A stretch of 64,000 nt of DNA, taken from Eledone cirrhosa (Eukaryota). The stretch is from contig OZ024742.1 of assembly GCA_964016885.1 (NCBI GenBank), positions 375,162,001 through 375,226,000 of the forward strand. Reading direction: 5' to 3'. Both the position numbers and the translations under genes were made by a program. Below, piece after piece: positions 16,101 to 33,400 of the stretch (the stretch's first letter is position 1; every line of letters starts with the position of its first letter). Below the pieces are notes generated by a model that saw nothing but the letters and a program-made list of their open reading frames with translations, was not told the DNA's origin and made no database searches.

Positions 16101-18400
16101 ATTCCTAGTGTATATATATATCTGTATTCCTAGTGTATATATATTACTGTATTCCTAGTGTATATATATTACTGTATTTCTAGTGTATATATATTACTGT
16201 ATTCCTAGTGTATGTATATTACTGTATTTCTAGTGTATATATATTACTGTATTCCTAGTGTATATATATTACTGTATTTCTAGTGTATATATATTACTGT
16301 ATTTCTAGTGTATATATTACTGTATTTCTAGTATATAAATATTACTGTATTTCTAGTGTATATATATTACTGTATTTCTAGTATATATATTACTGTATTC
16401 CTAGTGTATATATTACTGTATTTCTAGTGTATATATATTACTGTATTTCTAATATATATATATTACTGTATTTCTGCTGTATATATATTACTGTGTTTCT
16501 AGTGTATATATATTACGGTATTTCTACTGTATATATATTACTGTATTTCTAGTGTATATATATTACTGTATTTCTAGTGTATATATATTACTGTATTTGT
16601 AGTGTATATATATTACTGTATTTCTAGTGTATATATATTACTGTATTTCTAGTGTATATATTACTGTATTTCTAGTATATATATATTACTGTATTTCTAG
16701 TGTATATATATTACTGTATTTCTAGTATATATATTACTGTATTCCTAGTGTATATATATTACTGTGTTTCTAGTGTATATATATTACTGTATTCCTAGTG
16801 TATATATATTACTGTATTTCTAGTGTATATATATTACTGTATTCCTAGGGTATATATATTACTGTATTTCTAGTGTATATATATTACTGTATTTCTAGTG
16901 TATATATTACTGTATCTCTGGTGTATATATATTACTGTATTTCTAGTGTATATATATTACTGGATTTCTAGTGTATATATATTACTGTATTTCTAGTGTA
17001 TATATATATTACTGTATTTCTAGTGTATATATATTACTGTATTCCTAGTGTATATATATTACTGTATTCCTAGTGTATATATATATCTGTATTCCTAGTG
17101 TATATATATTACTGTATTCCTAGTGTATATATATTACTGTATTTCTAGTGTATATATATTACTGTATTTCTGGTGTATATATATTACTGTATTCCTAGTG
17201 TATATATTACTGTATATCTAATGTATATATTACTGTATTCCTAGTGTATATATATTACTGTATTCCTAGTGTATGTATTACTGTATTTCTAGTGTATATA
17301 TATTACTGTATTTCTAGTGTATATATATTACTGTATTTCTAGTGGATATATATTACTGTGTTCCTAGTGTATATATATTACTGTATTCCTAGTGTATATA
17401 TATTACTGTATTTCTAGTGTATATATATTACTGTATTCCTAGTGTATATATTACTGTATATCTAGTGTATATATTACTGTATTCCTAGTGTATATATATT
17501 ACTGTATTCCTAGTGTATATATTACTGTATTTCTAGTGTATATATATTACTGTATTTCTAGTGTATATATATTACTGTATTTCTAGTGTATATATATTAC
17601 TGTATTCCTAGTGTATATATATTACTGTATTCCTAGTGTATATATATATTACTGTATTTCTAGTATATATATATTACTGTATTTCTAGTGTATATATATT
17701 ACTGTATTTCTAGTGTATATATATTACTGTATTCCTAGTGTATATATATATTACTGTATTTCTAGTATATATATATTACTGTATTTCTAGTGTATATATA
17801 TTACTGTATTTCTAGTGTATATATATATATTACTGTATTTCTAGTGTATATATATTACTGTATTTCTAGTGTATATATATTACTGTATTTCTAGTGTATA
17901 TATATTACTGTATTTCAAGTGTATATATATTACTGTATTTCTAGTGTATATATTACTGTATTTCTAGTGTATATATATTACTGTATTTCTCATCTATATA
18001 TATTACTGTATTTCTAGTGTATATATATTACTGTATTCCTAGTGTATATATTACTGTATTTCTAGTGTATATATATTACTGTATTCCTAGTGTATATATT
18101 ACTGTATTTCTAGTGTAGAAATATTACTGTATTTCTAGTGTATATATCTTACTGTATTTCTAGTGTATATATATTACTGTATTTCTAGTGTATATATTAC
18201 TGTATTTCTAGTGTATATATATTACTGTATTTCTCATCTATATATATTACTGTATTTCTAGTGTATATATATTACTGTATTCCTAGTGTATATATTACTG
18301 TATTTCTAGTGTATATATATTACTGTATTTCTAGTGTATATATTACTGTATTTCTAGCGTATATATATTACTGTATTTCTAGTGTATATATATATTACTG
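4200..18400 (+). repeat. Tandem higher-order repeat of about 7 kb, two diverged copies (about 4200-11150 and about 11150-18400)
   Basis: Markers recur in the same order: TTGCTAG 5252/12118 (6866), ACTGC 7000/14259 (7259), GTATATAAAT 9081/16331 (7250), CCTAGG 9592/16844 (7252), GTAGAAA 10868/18118 (7250). Confidence 0.75.
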
Positions 18401-21400
18401 TATTTCTAGTGTATATATATATTACTGTATTTCTAGTGTATATATATTACTGTATTTCTAATGTATATATTACTGTATTTCTAGTGTATATATATTACTG
18501 TATTTCTAGTGTATATATTACTGTATTTCTAGTGTATATATTACTGCATTTCTAGTGTATATATATTACTGTATTTCTAGTGTATATATATTACTGTATT
18601 CCTAGTGTATATATATTACTGTATTTCTAGTGTATATATTACTGTATTTCTAGTGTATATATATTACTGTATTTCTAGTGTATATATATTACTGTATTCC
18701 TAGTGTATATATATTACTGTATTTCTAGTATATATATATTACTGTATTTCTAGTGTATATATATTACTGTATTTCTAGTGTATATATAATACTGTATTCC
18801 TAGTGTATATATATTACTGTATTCCTAGTGTATATATTACTGTATTCCTAGTGTATATATATTACTGTATTTCTAGTGTATATATATTACTGTATTTCTA
18901 GTGTATATATATTACTGTATTTCTAGTGTATATATATTACTGTATTTCTAGTATATATATATTACTGTATTTCTAGTGTATATATATTACTGTATTTCTA
19001 GTGTATATATAATACTGTATTCCTAGTGTATATATATTACTGTATTTCAAGTGTATATATATTACTGTATTTCTAGTGTATATATTACTGTATTTCTAGT
19101 GTATATACTACTGTATTTCTAGTGTATATATTACTGTATTTCTAGTGTATATATATTACTGTATTTCTAGTGTATATATTACTGTATTCCTAGTGTATAT
19201 ATATTACTGTATTTCAAGTGTATATATTACTGTATTTCTCGTGTATATATATTACTGTATTTCTAGTGTATATATATTACTGTATTCCTAGTGTATATAT
19301 ATTACTGTATTTCTAGTGTATATATTACTGTATTTCTTGTGTATATATATTACTGTATTTCTAGTGTATATATATTACTGTATTCCTAGTGTATATATAT
19401 ATCTGTATTGCTAATGTATATATATTACTGTATTTCTGGTGTATATATTTACCGTATTTCTAGTGTATATATCTTACTGTATTTCTAGTGTATATATATT
19501 ACTGTATTCCTAGTGTATATATATTACTGTATTTCTAGTGTATATATATTACTGTATTCCTAGTGTATATATATTACTGTATTCCTAGTGTATATATATA
19601 TCTGTATTCCTAGTGTATATATATTACTGTATTCCTAGTGTATATATATTACTGTATTTCTAGTGTCTATATATTACTGTATTCCTAGTGTATATATTAC
19701 TGTATATCTAGTGTATATATTACTGTATTTCTAGTGTATATATATTAATGTATTTCTAGTGTATATATATTACTGTATTCCTAGTGTATATATATTACTG
19801 TATTTCTAGTGTACATATATTACTGTATTTCTAGTGTATATATATTACTGTATTTCTAGTGTCTATATATTACTGTATTCCTAGTGTATATATTACTGTA
19901 TATCTAGTGTATATATTACTGTATTTCTAGTGTATATATATTACTGTATTTCTAGTGTATATATATTACTGTATTCCTAGTGTATATATATTACTGTATT
20001 TCTAGTGTATATATATTACTGTATTTCTAGTGTATATATATTTCTGTATTTCTAGTGTATATATTACTGTATTCCTAGTGTATATATTACTGTATTTCTA
20101 GTGTATATATTACTGTATTTCTCGTGTATATATATTACTGTATTTCTAGCGTATATATATTACTGTATTCCTAGTATATATATATATCTGTATTCCTAGT
20201 TTATATATATTACTGTATTTCTGGTGTATATATATTACTGTATTTCTAGTGTATATATTTACTGTATTTCTAGTGTATATATCTTACTGTATTTCTAGTG
20301 TATATATATTACTGTATTCCTAGTGTATATATATTACTGTATTTTAAGTGTATATATATTACTGTATTTCTAGTGTATATATTACTGTATTTCTAGTGTA
20401 TATATTACTGTATTTCTAGTGTATATATATTACTGTATCTCTAGTGTATATATATTACTGTATTTCTAGTGTATATATTACTGTATACCTAGTGTATATA
20501 TATTACTGTATTTCTAGTGTATATATTACTGTATTTCTCGTGTATATATATTACTGTATTTCTAGTGTATATATATTACTGTATTCCTAGTATATATATA
20601 TATCTGTATTCCTAGTGTATATATATTACTGTATTTCTGGTGTATATATATTACTGTATTTCTAGTGTATATATATTACTGTATTCCTAGTGTATATATA
20701 TATCTGTATTCCTAGTGTATATATATTACTGTATTCCTAGTGTATATATATTACTGTATTTCTAGTGTATATATATTACTGTATTCCTAGTGTATGTATA
20801 TTACTGTATTTCTAGTGTATATATATTACTGTATTCCTAGTGTATATATATTACTGTATTTCTAGTGTATATATATTACTGTATTTCTAGTGTATATATT
20901 ACTGTATTTCTAGTATATATATATTACTGTATTTCTAGTGTATATATATTACTGTATTTCTAGTATATATATTACTGTATTCCTAGTGTATATATTACTG
21001 TATTTCTAGTGTATATATATTACTGTATTTCTAATATATATATATTACTGTATTTCTGCTGTATATATATTACTGTGTTTCTAGTGTATATATATTACGG
21101 TATTTCTACTGTATATATATTACTGTATTTCTAGTGTATATATATTACTGTATTTCTAGTGTATATATATTACTGTATTTGTAGTGTATATATATTACTG
21201 TATTTCTAGTGTATATATATTACTGTATTTCTAGTGTATATATTACTGTATTTCTAGTATATATATATTACTGTATTTCTAGTGTATATATATTACTGTA
21301 TTTCTAGTATATATATTACTGTATTCCTAGTGTATATATTACTGTATTCCTAGTGTATATATATTACTGTGTTTCTAGTGTATATATATTACTGTATTCC

Positions 21401-22225
21401 TAGTGTATATATATTACTGTATTTCTAGTGTATATATATTACTGTATTCCTAGGGTATATATATTACTGTATTTCTAGTGTATATATATTACTGTATTTC
21501 TAGTGTATATATTACTGTATCTCTGGTGTATATATATTACTGTATTTCTAGTGTATATATATTACTGGATTTCTAGTGTATATATATTACTGTATTTCTA
21601 GTGTATATATATATTACTGTATTTCTAGTGTATATATATTACTGTATTCCTAGTGTATATATATTACTGTATTCCTAGTGTATATATATATCTGTATTCC
21701 TAGTGTATATATATTACTGTATTCCTAGTGTATATATATTACTGTATTTCTAGTGTATATATATTACTGTATTTCTAGTGTATATATATTACTGTATTCC
21801 TAGTGTATATAATACTGTATTTCTAGTGTATATATATTATTGTATTCCTAGTATATATATATATCTGTATTCCTAGTGTATATATATTACTGTATTCCTA
21901 GTGTATATATATTACTGTATTTCTAGTGTATATATATTACTGTATTCTTAGTGTATATATATTACTGTATTTCTAGTGTATATATATATTACTGTATTCC
22001 TAGTGTATATATTACTGTGTTTCTAGTGTATATATATTACTGTATTTCTAGTGTATATATATTACTGTATTCCTAGTGTATATATTACTGTGTTTCTAGT
22101 GTATATATATTACTGTATTTCTAATGTATATATATTACTGTATTCCTAGTGTATATATTACTGTATTTCTAGTGTATATATATTACTGTATTCCTAGTGT
22201 ATATATATTACTGTATTCCTAGTGT
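10560..22225 (+). repeat. Duplicated block of about 11.6 kb, copy 1 (copy 2 at about 35895-47495)
   Basis: Marker offsets are about 25.3 kb: GTAGAAA 10868/36201 and 18118/43433, CACGTG 12094/37431, CCTAGG 16844/42159 and 21449/46716, TTGCTAAT 19410/44727. Identical ORFs occur at 13800/39138 and 18261/43576. Confidence 0.9.
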
Positions 22226-25200
22226 ATATATTACTGTGTTTCTAGTGTATATATATTACTGTATTTCTAGTGTATATATATTACTGTATTTCTAATATAT
22301 ATATTACTGTATTTCTGCTGTATATATATTACTGTGTTTCTAGTGTATATATATTACGGTATTTCTACTGTATATATATTACTGTATTTCTAGTGTATAT
22401 ATATTACTGTATTTCTAGTGTATATATATTACTGTATTTGTAGTGTATATATATTACTGTATTTCTAGTGTATATATATTACTGTATTTCTAGTGTATAT
22501 ATTACTGTATTTCTAGTATATATATATTACTGTATTTCTAGTGTATATATATTACTGTATTTCTAGTATAATATTACTGTATTCCTAGTGTATATATATT
22601 ACTGTGTTTCTAGTGTATATATATTACTGTATTCCTAGTGTATATATATTACTGTATTTCTAGTGTATATATATTACTGTATTCCTAGGGTATATATATT
22701 ACTGTATTTCTAGTGTATATATATTACTGTATTTCTAGTGTATATATTACTGTATCTTTGGTGTATATATATTACTGTATTTCTAGTGTATATATATTAC
22801 TGGATTTCTAGTGTATATATATTACTGTATTTCTAGTGTATATATATATTACTGTATTTCTAGTGTATATATATTACTGTATTCCTAGTGTATATATATT
22901 ACTGTATTCCTAGTGTATATATATATCTGTATTCCTAGTGTATATATATTACTGTATTCCTAGTGTATATATATTACTGTATTTCTAGTGTATATATATT
23001 ACTGTATTTCTGGTGTATATATATTACTGTATTCCTAGTGTATATATTACTGTATATCTAATGTATATATTACTGTATTCCTAGTGTATATATATTACTG
23101 TATTCCTAGTGTATGTATTACTGTATTTCTAGTGTATATATATTACTGTATTTCTAGTGTATATATATTACTGTATTTCTAGTGGATATATATTACTGTG
23201 TTCCTAGTGTATATATATTACTGTATTCCTAGTGTATATATATTACTGTATTTCTAGTGTATATATATTACTGTATTCCTAGTGTATATATTACTGTATA
23301 TCTAGTGTATATATTACTGTATTCCTAGTGTATATATATTACTGTATTCCTAGTGTATATATTACTGTATTTCTAGTGTATATATATTACTGTATTTCTA
23401 GTGTATATATATTACTGTATTTCTAGTGTATATATATTACTGTATTCCTAGTGTATATATATTACTGTATTCCTAGTGTATATATATATTACTGTATTTC
23501 TAGTATATATATATTACTGTATTTCTAGTGTATATATATTACTGTATTTCTAGTGTATATATATTACTGTATTCCTAGTGTATATATATATTACTGTATT
23601 TCTAGTATATATATATTACTGTATTTCTAGTGTATATATATTACTGTATTTCTAGTGTATATATATATATATTACTGTATTTCTGGTGTATATATATTAC
23701 TGTATTTCTAGTGTATATATATTACTGTATTTCTAGTGTATATATATTACTGTATTTCAAGTGTATATATATTACTGTATTTCTAGTGTATATATTACTG
23801 TATTTCTAGTGTATATATATTACTGTATTTCTCATCTATATATATTACTGTATTTCTAGTGTATATATATTACTGTATTCCTAGTGTATATATTACTGTA
23901 TTTCTAGTGTATATATATTACTGTATTCCTAGTGTATATATTACTGTATTTCTAGTGTAGAAATATTACTGTATTTCTAGTGTATATATCTTACTGTATT
24001 TCTAGTGTATATATATTACTGTATTTCTAGTGTATATATTACTGTATTTCTAGTGTATATATATTACTGTATTTCTCATCTATATATATTACTGTATTTC
24101 TAGTGTATATATATTACTGTATTCCTAGTGTATATATTACTGTATTTCTAGTGTATATATATTACTGTATTTCTAGTGTATATATTACTGTATTTCTAGC
24201 GTATATATATTACTGTATTTCTAGTGTATATATATATTACTGTATTTCTAGTGTATATATATTACTGTATTTCTAATGTATATATTACTGTATTTCTAGT
24301 GTATATATATTACTGTATTTCTAGTGTATATATTACTGTATTTCTAGTGTATATATTACTGTATTTCTAGTGTATATATATTACTGTATTTCTAGTGTAT
24401 ATATATTACTGTATTTCTAGTGTATATATATTACTGTATTTCTAGTGTATATATATATTACTGTATTTCTAGTGTATATATATATTACTGTATTTCTAGT
24501 GTATATATATATTACTGTATTTCTAGTGTATATATATTACTGTATTCCTAGTGTATATATATTACTGTATTTCTAGTGTATATATATTACTGTATTTCTA
24601 GTGTATATATATATTACTGTATTTCTAGTGTATATATATATTACTGTATTTCTAGTGTATATATATTACTGTATTTCTAATGTATATATTACTGTATTTC
24701 TAGTGTATATATATTACTGTATTTCTAGTGTATATATAATACTGTATTCCTAGTGTATATATATTACTGTATTTCAAGTGTATATATATTACTGTATTTC
24801 TAGTGTATATATTACTGTATTTCTAGTGTATATACTACTGTATTTCTAGTGTATATATTACTGTATTTCTAGTGTATATATATTACTGTATTTCTAGTGT
24901 ATATATTACTGTATTCCTAGTGTATATATATTACTGTATTTCAAGTGTATATATTACTGTATTTCTCGTGTATATATATTACTGTATTTCTAGTGTATAT
25001 ATATTACTGTATTCCTAGTGTATATATATTACTGTATTTCTAGTGTATATATTACTGTATTTCTTGTGTATATATATTACTGTATTTCTAGTGTATATAT
25101 ATTACTGTATTCCTAGTGTATATATATATCTGTATTGCTAATGTATATATATTACTGTATTTCTGGTGTATATATTTACCGTATTTCTAGTGTATATATC

Positions 25201-28200
25201 TTACTGTATTTCTAGTGTATATATATTACTGTATTCCTAGTGTATATATATTACTGTATTTCTAGTGTATATATATTACTGTATTCCTAGTGTATATATA
25301 TTACTGTATTCCTAGTGTATATATATATCTGTATTCCTAGTGTATATATATTACTGTATTCCTAGTGTATATATATTACTGTATTTCTAGTGTCTATATA
25401 TTACTGTATTCCTAGTGTATATATTACTGTATATCTAGTGTATATATTACTGTATTTCTAGTGTATATATATTAATGTATTTCTAGTGTATATATATTAC
25501 TGTATTCCTAGTGTATATATATTACTGTATTTCTAGTGTACATATATTACTGTATTTCTAGTGTATATATATTACTGTATTTCTAGTGTCTATATATTAC
25601 TGTATTCCTAGTGTATATATTACTGTATATCTAGTGTATATATTACTGTATTTCTAGTGTATATATATTACTGTATTTCTAGTGTATATATATTACTGTA
25701 TTCCTAGTGTATATATATTACTGTATTTCTAGTGTATATATATTACTGTATTTCTAGTGTATATATATTTCTGTATTTCTAGTGTATATATTACTGTATT
25801 CCTAGTGTATATATTACTGTATTTCTAGTGTATATATTACTGTATTTCTCGTGTATATATATTACTGTATTTCTAGCGTATATATATTACTGTATTCCTA
25901 GTATATATATATATCTGTATTCCTAGTTTATATATATTACTGTATTTCTGGTGTATATATATTACTGTATTTCTAGTGTATATATTTACTGTATTTCTAG
26001 TGTATATATCTTACTGTATTTCTAGTGTATATATATTACTGTATTCCTAGTGTATATATATTACTGTATTTTAAGTGTATATATATTACTGTATTTCTAG
26101 TGTATATATTACTGTATTTCTAGTGTATATATTACTGTATTTCTAGTGTATATATATTACTGTATCTCTAGTGTATATATATTACTGTATTTCTAGTGTA
26201 TATATTACTGTATACCTAGTGTATATATATTACTGTATTTCTAGTGTATATATTACTGTATTTCTCGTGTATATATATTACTGTATTTCTAGTGTATATA
26301 TATTACTGTATTCCTAGTATATATATATATCTGTATTCCTAGTGTATATATATTACTGTATTTCTGGTGTATATATATTACTGTATTTCTAGTGTATATA
26401 TATTACTGTATTCCTAGTGTATATATATATCTGTATTCCTAGTGTATATATATTACTGTATTCCTAGTGTATATATATTACTGTATTTCTAGTGTATATA
26501 TATTACTGTATTCCTAGTGTATGTATATTACTGTATTTCTAGTGTATATATATTACTGTATTCCTAGTGTATATATATTACTGTATTTCTAGTGTATATA
26601 TATTACTGTATTTCTAGTGTATATATTACTGTATTTCTAGTATATATATATTACTGTATTTCTAGTGTATATATATTACTGTATTTCTAGTATATATATT
26701 ACTGTATTCCTAGTGTATATATTACTGTATTTCTAGTGTATATATATTACTGTATTTCTAATATATATATATTACTGTATTTCTGCTGTATATATATTAC
26801 TGTGTTTCTAGTGTATATATATTACGGTATTTCTACTGTATATATATTACTGTATTTCTAGTGTATATATATTACTGTATTTCTAGTGTATATATATTAC
26901 TGTATTTGTAGTGTATATATATTACTGTATTTCTAGTGTATATATATTACTGTATTTCTAGTGTATATATTACTGTATTTCTAGTATATATATATTACTG
27001 TATTTCTAGTGTATATATATTACTGTATTTCTAGTATATATATTACTGTATTCCTAGTGTATATATTACTGTATTCCTAGTGTATATATATTACTGTGTT
27101 TCTAGTGTATATATATTACTGTATTCCTAGTGTATATATATTACTGTATTTCTAGTGTATATATATTACTGTATTCCTAGGGTATATATATTACTGTATT
27201 TCTAGTGTATATATATTACTGTATTTCTAGTGTATATATTACTGTATCTCTGGTGTATATATATTACTGTATTTCTAGTGTATATATATTACTGGATTTC
27301 TAGTGTATATATATTACTGTATTTCTAGTGTATATATATATTACTGTATTTCTAGTGTATATATATTACTGTATTCCTAGTGTATATATATTACTGTATT
27401 CCTAGTGTATATATATATCTGTATTCCTAGTGTATATATATTACTGTATTCCTAGTGTATATATATTACTGTATTTCTAGTGTATATATATTACTGTATT
27501 TCTAGTGTATATATATTACTGTATTCCTAGTGTATATAATACTGTATTTCTAGTGTATATATATTATTGTATTCCTAGTATATATATATATCTGTATTCC
27601 TAGTGTATATATATTACTGTATTCCTAGTGTATATATATTACTGTATTTCTAGTGTATATATATTACTGTATTCTTAGTGTATATATATTACTGTATTTC
27701 TAGTGTATATATATATTACTGTATTCCTAGTGTATATATTACTGTGTTTCTAGTGTATATATATTACTGTATTTCTAGTGTATATATATTACTGTATTCC
27801 TAGTGTATATATTACTGTGTTTCTAGTGTATATATATTACTGTATTTCTAATGTATATATATTACTGTATTCCTAGTGTATATATTACTGTATTTCTAGT
27901 GTATATATATTACTGTATTCCTAGTGTATATATATTACTGTATTCCTAGTGTATATATTACTGTGTTTCTAGTGTATATATATTACTGTATTTCTAGTGT
28001 ATATATATTACTGTATTTCTAATATATATATTACTGTATTTCTGCTGTATATATATTACTGTGTTTCTAGTGTATATATATTACGGTATTTCTACTGTAT
28101 ATATATTACTGTATTTCTAGTGTATATATATTACTGTATTTCTAGTGTATATATATTACTGTATTTGTAGTGTATATATATTACTGTATTTCTAGTGTAT

Positions 28201-30455
28201 ATATATTACTGTATTTCTAGTGTATATATTACTGTATTTCTAGTATATATATATTACTGTATTTCTAGTGTATATATATTACTGTATTTCTAGTATAATA
28301 TTACTGTATTCCTAGTGTATATATATTACTGTGTTTCTAGTGTATATATATTACTGTATTCCTAGTGTATATATATTACTGTATTTCTAGTGTATATATA
28401 TTACTGTATTCCTAGGGTATATATATTACTGTATTTCTAGTGTATATATATTACTGTATTTCTAGTGTATATATTACTGTATCTTTGGTGTATATATATT
28501 ACTGTATTTCTAGTGTATATATATTACTGGATTTCTAGTGTATATATATTACTGTATTTCTAGTGTATATATATATTACTGTATTTCTAGTGTATATATA
28601 TTACTGTATTCCTAGTGTATATATATTACTGTATTCCTAGTGTATATATATATCTGTATTCCTAGTGTATATATATTACTGTATTCCTAGTGTATATATA
28701 TTACTGTATTTCTAGTGTATATATATTACTGTATTTCTGGTGTATATATATTACTGTATTCCTAGTGTATATATTACTGTATATCTAATGTATATATTAC
28801 TGTATTCCTAGTGTATATATATTACTGTATTCCTAGTGTATGTATTACTGTATTTCTAGTGTATATATATTACTGTATTTCTAGTGTATATATATTACTG
28901 TATTTCTAGTGGATATATATTACTGTGTTCCTAGTGTATATATATTACTGTATTCCTAGTGTATATATATTACTGTATTTCTAGTGTATATATATTACTG
29001 TATTCCTAGTGTATATATTACTGTATATCTAGTGTATATATTACTGTATTCCTAGTGTATATATATTACTGTATTCCTAGTGTATATATTACTGTATTTC
29101 TAGTGTATATATATTACTGTATTTCTAGTGTATATATATTACTGTATTTCTAGTGTATATATATTACTGTATTCCTAGTGTATATATATTACTGTATTCC
29201 TAGTGTATATATATATTACTGTATTTCTAGTATATATATATTACTGTATTTCTAGTGTATATATATTACTGTATTTCTAGTGTATATATATTACTGTATT
29301 CCTAGTGTATATATATATTACTGTATTTCTAGTATATATATATTACTGTATTTCTAGTGTATATATATTACTGTATTTCTAGTGTATATATATATATATT
29401 ACTGTATTTCTGGTGTATATATATTACTGTATTTCTAGTGTATATATATTACTGTATTTCTAGTGTATATATATTACTGTATTTCAAGTGTATATATATT
29501 ACTGTATTTCTAGTGTATATATTACTGTATTTCTAGTGTATATATATTACTGTATTTCTCATCTATATATATTACTGTATTTCTAGTGTATATATATTAC
29601 TGTATTCCTAGTGTATATATTACTGTATTTCTAGTGTATATATATTACTGTATTCCTAGTGTATATATTACTGTATTTCTAGTGTAGAAATATTACTGTA
29701 TTTCTAGTGTATATATCTTACTGTATTTCTAGTGTATATATATTACTGTATTTCTAGTGTATATATTACTGTATTTCTAGTGTATATATATTACTGTATT
29801 TCTCATCTATATATATTACTGTATTTCTAGTGTATATATATTACTGTATTCCTAGTGTATATATTACTGTATTTCTAGTGTATATATATTACTGTATTTC
29901 TAGTGTATATATTACTGTATTTCTAGCGTATATATATTACTGTATTTCTAGTGTATATATATATTACTGTATTTCTAGTGTATATATATTACTGTATTTC
30001 TAATGTATATATTACTGTATTTCTAGTGTATATATATTACTGTATTTCTAGTGTATATATTACTGTATTTCTAGTGTATATATTACTGTATTTCTAGTGT
30101 ATATATATTACTGTATTTCTAGTGTATATATATTACTGTATTTCTAGTGTATATATATTACTGTATTTCTAGTGTATATATATATTACTGTATTTCTAGT
30201 GTATATATATATTACTGTATTTCTAGTGTATATATATATTACTGTATTTCTAGTGTATATATATTACTGTATTCCTAGTGTATATATATTACTGTATTTC
30301 TAGTGTATATATATTACTGTATTTCTAGTGTATATATATATTACTGTATTTCTAGTGTATATATATATTACTGTATTTCTAGTGTATATATATTACTGTA
30401 TTTCTAATGTATATATTACTGTATTTCTAGTGTATATATATTACTGTATTTCTAG
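18970..30455 (+). repeat. Near-perfect tandem duplication of a 5727-bp unit (junction about 24,700-24,730)
   Basis: The offset is a constant 5727: TTGCTAAT 19410/25137, CCTAGG 21449/27176 and 22684/28411, GTAGAAA 23960/29687. Confidence 0.9.
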
Positions 30456-33400
30456 TGTATATATTACTGTATTTCTAGTGTATATATATTACTGTATTCC
30501 TAGTGTATATATATTACTGTATTTCTAGTGTATATATTACTGTATTTCTAGTGTATATATATTACTGTATTTCTAGTGTATATATATTACTGTATTCCTA
30601 GTGTATATATATATATTACTGTATTTCTAGTGTATATATATTACTGTATTTCTAGTGTATATATATTACTGTATTTCTAGTGTATATATATTACTGTATT
30701 TCAAGTGTATATATATTACTGTATTTCTAGTGTATATATTACTGTATTTCTAGTGTATATATTACTGTATTTCTAGTGTATATATTACTGTATTTCTAGT
30801 GTATATATATTACTGTATCTCTAGTGTATATATATTACTGTATTTCTAGTGTATATATTACTGTATTCCTAGTGTATATATATTACTGTATTTCTAGTGT
30901 ATATATTACTGTATTTCACGTGTATATATATTACTGTATTGCTAGTGTATATATATTACTGTATTCCTAGTGTATATATATTACTCTATTTCTAGTGTAT
31001 ATATTACTGTATTTCTCGTGTATATATATTACTGTATTTCTAGTGTATATATATTACTGTATTCCTAGTGTATATATATATCTGTATTCCTAATGTATAT
31101 ATATTACTGTATTTCTGGTGTATATATTTACCGTATTTCTAGTGTATATATCTTACTGTATTTCTAGTGTATATATATTACTGTATTCCTAGTGTATATA
31201 TATTACTGTATTCCTAGTGTATATATATTACTGTATTCCTAGTGTATATATATTACTGTGTTTCTAGTGTATATATATTACTGTATTCCTAGTGTATATA
31301 TATTACTGTATTTCTAGTGTATATATATTACTGTATTCCTAGGGTATATATATTACTGTATTTCTAGTGTATATATATTACTGTATTTCTAGTGTATATA
31401 TTACTGTATCTCTGGTGTATATATATTACTGTATTTCTAGTGTATATATATTACTGGATTTCTAGTGTATATATATTACTGTATTTCTAGTGTATATATA
31501 TATTACTGTATTTCTAGTGTATATATATTACTGTATTCCTAGTGTATATATATTACTGTATTCCTAGTGTATATATATATCTGTATTCCTAGTGTATATA
31601 TATTACTGTATTCCTAGTGTATATATATTACTGTATTTCTAGTGTATATATATTACTGTATTTCTAGTGTATATATATTACTGTATTCCTAGTGTATATA
31701 ATACTGTATTTCTAGTGTATATATATTATTGTATTCCTAGTATATATATATATCTGTATTCCTAGTGTATATATATTACTGTATTCCTAGTGTATATATA
31801 TTACTGTATTTCTAGTGTATATATATTACTGTATTCTTAGTGTATATATATTACTGTATTTCTAGTGTATATATATATTACTGTATTCCTAGTGTATATA
31901 TTACTGTGTTTCTAGTGTATATATATTACTGTATTTCTAGTGTATATATATTACTGTATTCCTAGTGTATATATTACTGTGTTTCTAGTGTATATATATT
32001 ACTGTATTTCTAATGTATATATATTACTGTATTCCTAGTGTATATATTACTGTATTTCTAGTGTATATATATTACTGTATTCCTAGTGTATATATATTAC
32101 TGTATTCCTAGTGTATATATTACTGTGTTTCTAGTGTATATATATTACTGTATTTCTAGTGTATATATATTACTGTATTTCTAATATATATATTACTGTA
32201 TTTCTGCTGTATATATATTACTGTGTTTCTAGTGTATATATATTACGGTATTTCTACTGTATATATATTACTGTATTTCTAGTGTATATATATTACTGTA
32301 TTTCTAGTGTATATATATTACTGTATTTGTAGTGTATATATATTACTGTATTTCTAGTGTATATATATTACTGTATTTCTAGTGTATATATTACTGTATT
32401 TCTAGTATATATATATTACTGTATTTCTAGTGTATATATATTACTGTATTTCTAGTATAATATTACTGTATTCCTAGTGTATATATATTACTGTGTTTCT
32501 AGTGTATATATATTACTGTATTCCTAGTGTATATATATTACTGTATTTCTAGTGTATATATATTACTGTATTCCTAGGGTATATATATTACTGTATTTCT
32601 AGTGTATATATATTACTGTATTTCTAGTGTATATATTACTGTATCTTTGGTGTATATATATTACTGTATTTCTAGTGTATATATATTACTGGATTTCTAG
32701 TGTATATATATTACTGTATTTCTAGTGTATATATATATTACTGTATTTCTAGTGTATATATATTACTGTATTCCTAGTGTATATATATTACTGTATTCCT
32801 AGTGTATATATATATCTGTATTCCTAGTGTATATATATTACTGTATTCCTAGTGTATATATATTACTGTATTTCTAGTGTATATATATTACTGTATTTCT
32901 GGTGTATATATATTACTGTATTCCTAGTGTATATATTACTGTATATCTAATGTATATATTACTGTATTCCTAGTGTATATATATTACTGTATTCCTAGTG
33001 TATGTATTACTGTATTTCTAGTGTATATATATTACTGTATTTCTAGTGTATATATATTACTGTATTTCTAGTGGATATATATTACTGTGTTCCTAGTGTA
33101 TATATATTACTGTATTCCTAGTGTATATATATTACTGTATTTCTAGTGTATATATATTACTGTATTCCTAGTGTATATATTACTGTATATCTAGTGTATA
33201 TATTACTGTATTCCTAGTGTATATATATTACTGTATTCCTAGTGTATATATTACTGTATTTCTAGTGTATATATATTACTGTATTTCTAGTGTATATATA
33301 TTACTGTATTTCTAGTGTATATATATTACTGTATTCCTAGTGTATATATATTACTGTATTCCTAGTGTATATATATATTACTGTATTTCTAGTATATATA

